From a virus (taxonomy: Duplodnaviria; Caudoviricetes), in IMG/VR virus record IMGVR_UViG_3300001517_000002, positions 1 to 64,000 of that record: a stretch of DNA of 64,000 bases, one strand, 5' to 3'. Made by a program: the position numbers and the translations under genes. Below are positions 58,954-64,000 of the stretch, piece after piece. Under the pieces are notes generated by a model that was given only the letters and a program-made list of their open reading frames with translations, made no database searches and had not been told where the DNA came from. Every line of letters begins with the position of its first letter. The first letter of the stretch is position 1.

Positions 58954-60575
58954 TAACCATTTGGTTTGGGTTGATTATTAGAATTATTTGTTTTACTCTT
59001 AATTGTATTTGGATTAGTAGGGTTGTCATTTGTTGGTCTACCGCCACTACTATCTTCTTGATTTCCAGTATCATCTTCTTGATTTCCAGAGGTATTATAA
59101 GAAGTCTTATTAACTGGATATTTGTCTAATACTCCTTCTTCTAACTGTTCGTCCAACATAGCAAAATAAACGTCTTTGGGAATACCAGCGCAATTAGCAA
59201 GATACGCAAGTGAACCTCTACCAATAGTAAATAATTCTTTGGCTGTATTGAAATATTTCTCCCTGTTTAAATGGGTTATTGGCAAGTAATTATTTTCAAT
59301 ATTAATAAAGTCCAGTCCGAGTATATTATAATTAATAACTTTGTTTAATTCCAAAGTAATATCATATATCCACTCAAACAATTGACTGGTAACTAATTCA
59401 AGATTGGTTTGCTGAGAACTAAATGAAGTTGTTCCGCTTGCGTTAAGGAGTGAAGCCGCAAATCCCAAATCAGTCCCGACTTTAGTATCAAGATTGGACT
59501 CATAATCATTATCAAACAAATCAGTTTTGGTTTCGATACTTCCAATTTTCGTTCCTGCGGCGACAGAAAAGAATGTCGTTCCGCTTGAATTGCTCCTTCT
59601 TTGAACAGCCCTTTTTACCGCATCGTGTTGTTCTTCCTGTTGCTTTTTTGAAAGTGCCGAAGTACCAGCAGTTTTTCCTTCTGGGAATGTTTCGTATATA
59701 ATATTATTGTTAATATTCCCAAGTAAATTTCTTTTAGTTCTTCTAAAATCGTCTGAATATATAATGTCTTGAATTGCGCCAAGCACCAGCGGTCTACCCC
59801 AAGGCTCATCAAGATTAGAAGAAATCTTATGAACGATTGTTTTGGTATTGTCCAAAATAAACATTTGATTTTCTGCTGTTTTGTCATTAGTCCATTTATT
59901 ATATGCTACTGTAAATTCAGTAGGATATTTTTTTAATTTATCCTTTGGGCTTTCCATATTATCGCTTTCAAAGTAACTTAAATCAAAAGCAACAACATAC
60001 GAGCTATTCATTGTTCCAACTATGCGGCAATAATCCGTAGGTAAAGATTTTATTGCAATATTCAACTTGGCAAGCTTTGGTTTTAAAGCATTAACTTCTG
60101 AAATAGAAGTTGCTTTCCACTTACTCATATATTTTTTGTTAGAAGGTTTTGTTTTACCAGTATCTAAATAATAAAAAGCAATTCCATCAATACAACCTTT
60201 TAAAATAATGTCTCTAATTAATTGCTTATGCTTTATTTTGCGCATAGTATAATTCATTATTTCTTTCTGTATTTTAGAAGATTTATCTGTAATATAATTG
60301 GTTATAACATAATCCAAGGAGGGAAGGGCTTTCATATAATCGAGAGTGTTCCTTAAAATACCATCGCTTGAATACAATCTTCGTGAAATAATTCTAAGCT
60401 CCTTGTTATTATAGTCGTTCATAGGATTTTGAATCATACTAACTATATCTTCAGTTCGATAGTCACTCAAAATATCAAACCACGTTTTTGTAGTTACATC
60501 ACTATGCCACCAGTAACTATTTACTTCATAGTTAGTTGTATCTTTTCGTCTGGTTATTTTATGTACTTTAGCCAT
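58953..60575 (-). CDS. Portal protein
   Basis: 540 aa after terminase; C-terminal GGRP low-complexity tail. Confidence 0.8.
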   Translation of the reverse strand: MAKVHKITRRKDTTNYEVNSYWWHSDVTTKTWFDILSDYRTEDIVSMIQNPMNDYNNKELRIISRRLYSSDGILRNTLDYMKALPSLDYVITNYITDKSSKIQKEIMNYTMRKIKHKQLIRDIILKGCIDGIAFYYLDTGKTKPSNKKYMSKWKATSISEVNALKPKLAKLNIAIKSLPTDYCRIVGTMNSSYVVAFDLSYFESDNMESPKDKLKKYPTEFTVAYNKWTNDKTAENQMFILDNTKTIVHKISSNLDEPWGRPLVLGAIQDIIYSDDFRRTKRNLLGNINNNIIYETFPEGKTAGTSALSKKQQEEQHDAVKRAVQRRSNSSGTTFFSVAAGTKIGSIETKTDLFDNDYESNLDTKVGTDLGFAASLLNASGTTSFSSQQTNLELVTSQLFEWIYDITLELNKVINYNILGLDFINIENNYLPITHLNREKYFNTAKELFTIGRGSLAYLANCAGIPKDVYFAMLDEQLEEGVLDKYPVNKTSYNTSGNQEDDTGNQEDSSGGRPTNDNPTNPNTIKSKTNNSNNQPKPNG

Positions 60576-60592
60576 TTATACCTCCTTTCTTT

Positions 60593-62242
60593 TTAGTTCA
60601 CAAATACCTGAGTTTCATATTCTTCATCTATAGACATATCTTTAGCAAATTTTTCAACATACCAAAGCATATATATTAATGCCGAGACTCTATCCTTATC
60701 TACTTTTCTTGCAACTCTTTCAATTGTTATTCCACCATTAGACAAATGCTTCATTTTTAAGTTGGCAGCTTCTTCAATAAACGCATCAGTTTCAATATAT
60801 GGTCTTATTAAATTTTCGGAATCCGCCCACTCACTTTCGGTAAAATCTGTCTCTATTTTTCTTTCTAATAATTTTAATTTACCACTTTCAACATAATCAA
60901 TAAATGTAGTAACTATTTCATTCTGACATGATTGTGCCTTGAGGTTGTATAGGATTTTGGGCGAATTTGGAATCTCTGGTTCATTGTCATCATTAATTGT
61001 GTCCCAGCAACCTAAACTTTCTCCTGTAATTGGGTCAATAGTTTCTGTTAACAACGCATCTATAAGTCCAGCACCCAAACCATTACCATCGCAAATAACC
61101 ATCTTCGCATGATACTGCTTTTGCACTTGCTTTACCCTTATGGACTGTTTAGTGAAATTATATATATTAGGAACATTTATAATATCAATGATTTCAACCG
61201 CAACAATCCTTGAAGCATCAGCATTGCGTATGATTTTACCAACTACAATTGAAGATTGGTTATTAGAAGTTTTCTGACTTCGTGCAACGTCAACCCCCAT
61301 GAAGATTTCGTCATTTTCTGTTATCTTTGTTTGTTTTGATAAAACTCTACAATTAAGCAGTTTATTAATATTTACCAATGCACCCTCAGAAGCTCCAACC
61401 CATTCTTGTTCATAGTTTTGTGCAAAAGCTACCAGTGACATATTTTTTTTCTTATTGAGTATCTGACTCTTACTTGAACCACGACCATACCAGCAAGGCA
61501 ACATCCAATTAGAACCAAGAACAATCTTTCCTTTGAGTTGTTCCATTTCGTCAACCATACTTAATAGTCTAAGATATTCGTCACTACCTTTAAATCCAGC
61601 AGTTGTGAAGAAATGAATTTGTTGATTAAGCTCACAAGGGTCAGGTATTCCAAGTTTGCCAACGGTTAAGCGAGGGACTTCAACAACGGGGGCAAGTGCA
61701 TCCTCGAACAAGGTATTATTAAGTAATGCTGCTTCTTCTATTTTTAAACGTGTACGTCTTTGTCCTTTTGTACTTTGAGCATTTGCAATAGCATCAATTT
61801 CAGAACCATTTTTGAACTTAATAAAAGCATATCCTTTTGAAAACTTGGGCTTATCCTCTACTTCGTTTAATAAAAGCGGATAATGTTTTGTTATTTCATT
61901 CCATTTAGCAGCCAAAAGGTCAGCAGCATTTTCTTTTGTTTGTGCTGAAATAGCAACAGTTATGTTGGGATATAGCATTGCAGCACATATGCAATCCAAT
62001 ACCTCGTCATATGTTTTTGCGTAGCCTCTTGAGAAATCTCCATACATACTAAAAAATCTCAAATCGCATCTGAGAAAAATTCTTTGGTCAAGATGAAGAT
62101 TGATACCCCCTTTTGGGGGTTTAAGCATATCCAACATTAAATCAGGATAGAAACGAAAGAAGCTTATTAAATCATAATAATTCTCAATTCTCTTGCCAAA
62201 AGGAGTATCATCAACAAGAGCTTTAATTCTATCATTCGCCAT
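60593..62242 (-). CDS. Terminase large subunit
   Basis: SRGYAKT Walker A, KIEEA Walker B, FTTAG, MGVDVAR nuclease, KDRVSA. Confidence 0.9.
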   Translation of the reverse strand: MANDRIKALVDDTPFGKRIENYYDLISFFRFYPDLMLDMLKPPKGGINLHLDQRIFLRCDLRFFSMYGDFSRGYAKTYDEVLDCICAAMLYPNITVAISAQTKENAADLLAAKWNEITKHYPLLLNEVEDKPKFSKGYAFIKFKNGSEIDAIANAQSTKGQRRTRLKIEEAALLNNTLFEDALAPVVEVPRLTVGKLGIPDPCELNQQIHFFTTAGFKGSDEYLRLLSMVDEMEQLKGKIVLGSNWMLPCWYGRGSSKSQILNKKKNMSLVAFAQNYEQEWVGASEGALVNINKLLNCRVLSKQTKITENDEIFMGVDVARSQKTSNNQSSIVVGKIIRNADASRIVAVEIIDIINVPNIYNFTKQSIRVKQVQKQYHAKMVICDGNGLGAGLIDALLTETIDPITGESLGCWDTINDDNEPEIPNSPKILYNLKAQSCQNEIVTTFIDYVESGKLKLLERKIETDFTESEWADSENLIRPYIETDAFIEEAANLKMKHLSNGGITIERVARKVDKDRVSALIYMLWYVEKFAKDMSIDEEYETQVFVN

Positions 62243-63335
62243 CGGCATCACTTCCTATATTGTAATCTTTTGGCAATTGAATAAACTTCTTTACAGCTTC
62301 TCGGTTTTTTTCAGAAGTATCATCTGTAAAAATATTATATGGGTCGCCATACTGTGCGATATATTCTTCCTTCTTTCTGTCATAAAACTTATAAACTTCC
62401 TCATAAGCTACTTCTGGTAAACCTTTCAATTTGCGACAGAAATTAATATAGCACCAAATTATAAAATCTGGTGCATCATTAGGAGCATATTTAAACCTTG
62501 GTAAAATTTCTATAATATCAGCAGCTTCTTCAACAGCTTTTGATATTTCACTAATTGTAGTTATGCCGCCTTGCAAATCTGCCTGTGTTAGCTGCTTGGG
62601 TGTAAGCTTTGCTTTTTCGGCAGCATCTTGAGCTGCTTTATTCCATTTATTTGCGCTTTCCACATCTCCATTAGCTGTCGCTTCTTCTTCTCTGACTTTG
62701 AACCTGACGTATGTTGCAAGAGCTTCTTCGTGAAGATTTGTTGTCAACTGATAATTTTGTTTAAGTTTGTCGTATTTTTTCTGCATTTTACGATACTGTG
62801 CTTTGGTATATCCCTCACCAAATCTATCAATTATTTCTTCTGTGACAATAAACTCATCGTCTTGACTAACAAACACTTCATTAACATTCTCTTTTTTGCT
62901 TTTACGTCCAGAAGTTGTAATCTTCGTGCAAGTCGTTGCATCATTGCCAAGTAATTTCATACTATCCATAAAATTCATTTTTGAATACTTAGATAATGTA
63001 GAAATGTTCTTCATGTACTTACCAATAATATCTGTATAAGTATCAGATTTTTCAACTTCCGCTACACTAAAATCAAGCACTTCTGGTACAAAGGGTCTAT
63101 CTATTAACATGAGCATTTTTTTAAATGACTCAACATTTAAACTTCCATCAATATTTAATGAGCCAGCTTTAAAACACTCCTTGCAAATATTAACCGTTTT
63201 ACCATCACTTGAAGTCAAGGGATTTGAAGCAACATAAAAATTCTTCAAAGGCAATTCCCTGTTGCAATTAGTACAGTTTTTCATAGGGATAGTTTTAGCT
63301 TTACTTCCCTTGGGTCTACCTCTTTTAACTGCCAA
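62232..63335 (-). CDS. Terminase small subunit candidate with AT-hook and zinc finger
   Basis: Overlaps TerL start; KRGRPKGS, CTNC...CKEC. Confidence 0.55.
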   Translation of the reverse strand: MAVKRGRPKGSKAKTIPMKNCTNCNRELPLKNFYVASNPLTSSDGKTVNICKECFKAGSLNIDGSLNVESFKKMLMLIDRPFVPEVLDFSVAEVEKSDTYTDIIGKYMKNISTLSKYSKMNFMDSMKLLGNDATTCTKITTSGRKSKKENVNEVFVSQDDEFIVTEEIIDRFGEGYTKAQYRKMQKKYDKLKQNYQLTTNLHEEALATYVRFKVREEEATANGDVESANKWNKAAQDAAEKAKLTPKQLTQADLQGGITTISEISKAVEEAADIIEILPRFKYAPNDAPDFIIWCYINFCRKLKGLPEVAYEEVYKFYDRKKEEYIAQYGDPYNIFTDDTSEKNREAVKKFIQLPKDYNIGSDADGE

Positions 63336-63358
63336 ATATAAAATCTCCCTTCTATATA

Positions 63359-63550
63359 TTAATCAGAAGTCTTTCCGTAAAAACCTGTTGTCTTGGCAAT
63401 ATAATTACCGTTACAGTAGTTTTTTGTCATGTCTCTATTTGCTTTTTCTCCACAAACAGGACAAGACTCATGCGGATTATATTCACTAATTTTTTTATCT
63501 ACCATAAACTTTTTATCACACTTGGGACATATGTAATTATATTCTGGCAT
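63359..63550 (-). CDS. FmdB-like zinc ribbon protein
   Basis: MPEYNYICPKC...CPVCG...GFY. Confidence 0.75.
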   Translation of the reverse strand: MPEYNYICPKCDKKFMVDKKISEYNPHESCPVCGEKANRDMTKNYCNGNYIAKTTGFYGKTSD

Positions 63551-63776
63551 TTTTTGTTATCTCCTTTTAATAAATTGGTGCGTTCTTACATATCGTTGCA
63601 ATGCTTAAACGCATAAACGGGGAGGCAACCTCCCCATAGGAGGAAATAAGTATTATGATGATGTCAGTAAATATAACTTGTGGCTTTGCAGGACTTATCC
63701 CGAATACCTACTACTGCAAGTACAGCGGAGAGGCGGTTTTCATCTCTCGTAGAATCCTAAAACTCTACCCTCTATT

Positions 63777-63853
63777 TGGTGAGCGTAGGGAGATTTGAAC
63801 TCGCCATTACGACCTTGAAAGGGTCGTGTCCTTACCTATTAGACGATACACCC
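63777..63853 (-). tRNA. tRNA-Glu (anticodon UUC)
   Basis: GGGTGTA..TACGCTC acceptor stem plus ACCA; anticodon arm CGACC-CTTTCAA-GGTCG; T loop TTCAAAT. Confidence 0.85.
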
Positions 63854-64000
63854 ATAATGCGCACCTTTACATTGTACTGTAAACGGTATAATGCGCAATA
63901 TACAAGCACGAAAATCAAAGCGATACCTGTGCGCACAGACAACGCAATGCAAGAGATGCTTGAAAACTCTTTCCTTGAAAGACCTACCATGGTACGCTTG

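Larger units (their letters stand above)
1..64000. mobile_element. Large temperate siphovirus genome segment, SPbeta-like gene order
   Basis: Contiguous replication, nucleotide metabolism, integrase/attP, lysis, tail, head and packaging modules. No host-like housekeeping context. Confidence 0.95.

Noticed and set aside
16442-61778. Partial operator matches inside genes (~16442, ~53372, ~61765)
   Set aside because: Short AT-rich matches with no promoter context, which could arise by chance.
239-63489. Numerous antisense or overlapping ORFs in the track (e.g. 239-856, 16196-16669, 33264-33680)
   Set aside because: Shadows of well-supported genes on the other strand or frame, lacking RBSs and motifs.
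63655-63798. 47-aa + strand ORF with an AGGAGG upstream
   Set aside because: It is antisense to the tRNA/late transcript, overlaps the tRNA and has no recognisable motif.
1-64000. Alternative genetic code / stop-codon recoding
   Set aside because: Long genes are intact under the standard code and TAG, TGA and TAA all end genes normally. The tRNA anticodon reads UUC, not a suppressor.

Overview
The whole window is part of a large, AT-rich temperate siphovirus genome whose gene order resembles Bacillus phage SPbeta. Its host is probably an anaerobic Clostridia member such as Ruminococcus (inference). The + strand (1-30155) carries a self-contained replisome (SSB, AAA ATPase, DnaB-like helicase, primase, RecJ, DnaE, RecD2), two orphan DNA methyltransferases, about 20 small accessory ORFs, a SleB-like lipoprotein and a nucleotide-metabolism block (ThyX, guanylate-kinase-like protein, two glutaredoxin-folds, NrdD/NrdG, a ferredoxin-thioredoxin reductase-like protein, a 5'(3')-deoxyribonucleotidase, dUTPase). 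An intact attP-like site (tRNA 3'-end core with arm repeats on both sides, 30159-30397) lies between an HTH gene and a tyrosine integrase, which suggests the excised or free phage form. The - strand (31582-63550) is the late region: terminase, portal, capsid, tail, tape measure, fibre and lysis genes, with tRNA-Glu(UUC) upstream. The most notable observations are: (1) ThyX carries an in-frame LAGLIDADG endonuclease with no recognisable intein or intron; (2) three consensus promoters share a palindromic operator over the -35 plus a hairpin and second motif copy in the leader; (3) an apparently complete ferredoxin-disulfide-reductase/redoxin/class III RNR module; (4) a BspA-type LRR domain apparently split between two tail proteins; (5) an un-annotated orphan VbhA-like antitoxin. 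All protein family calls come from motifs read by eye; no database searches were run.
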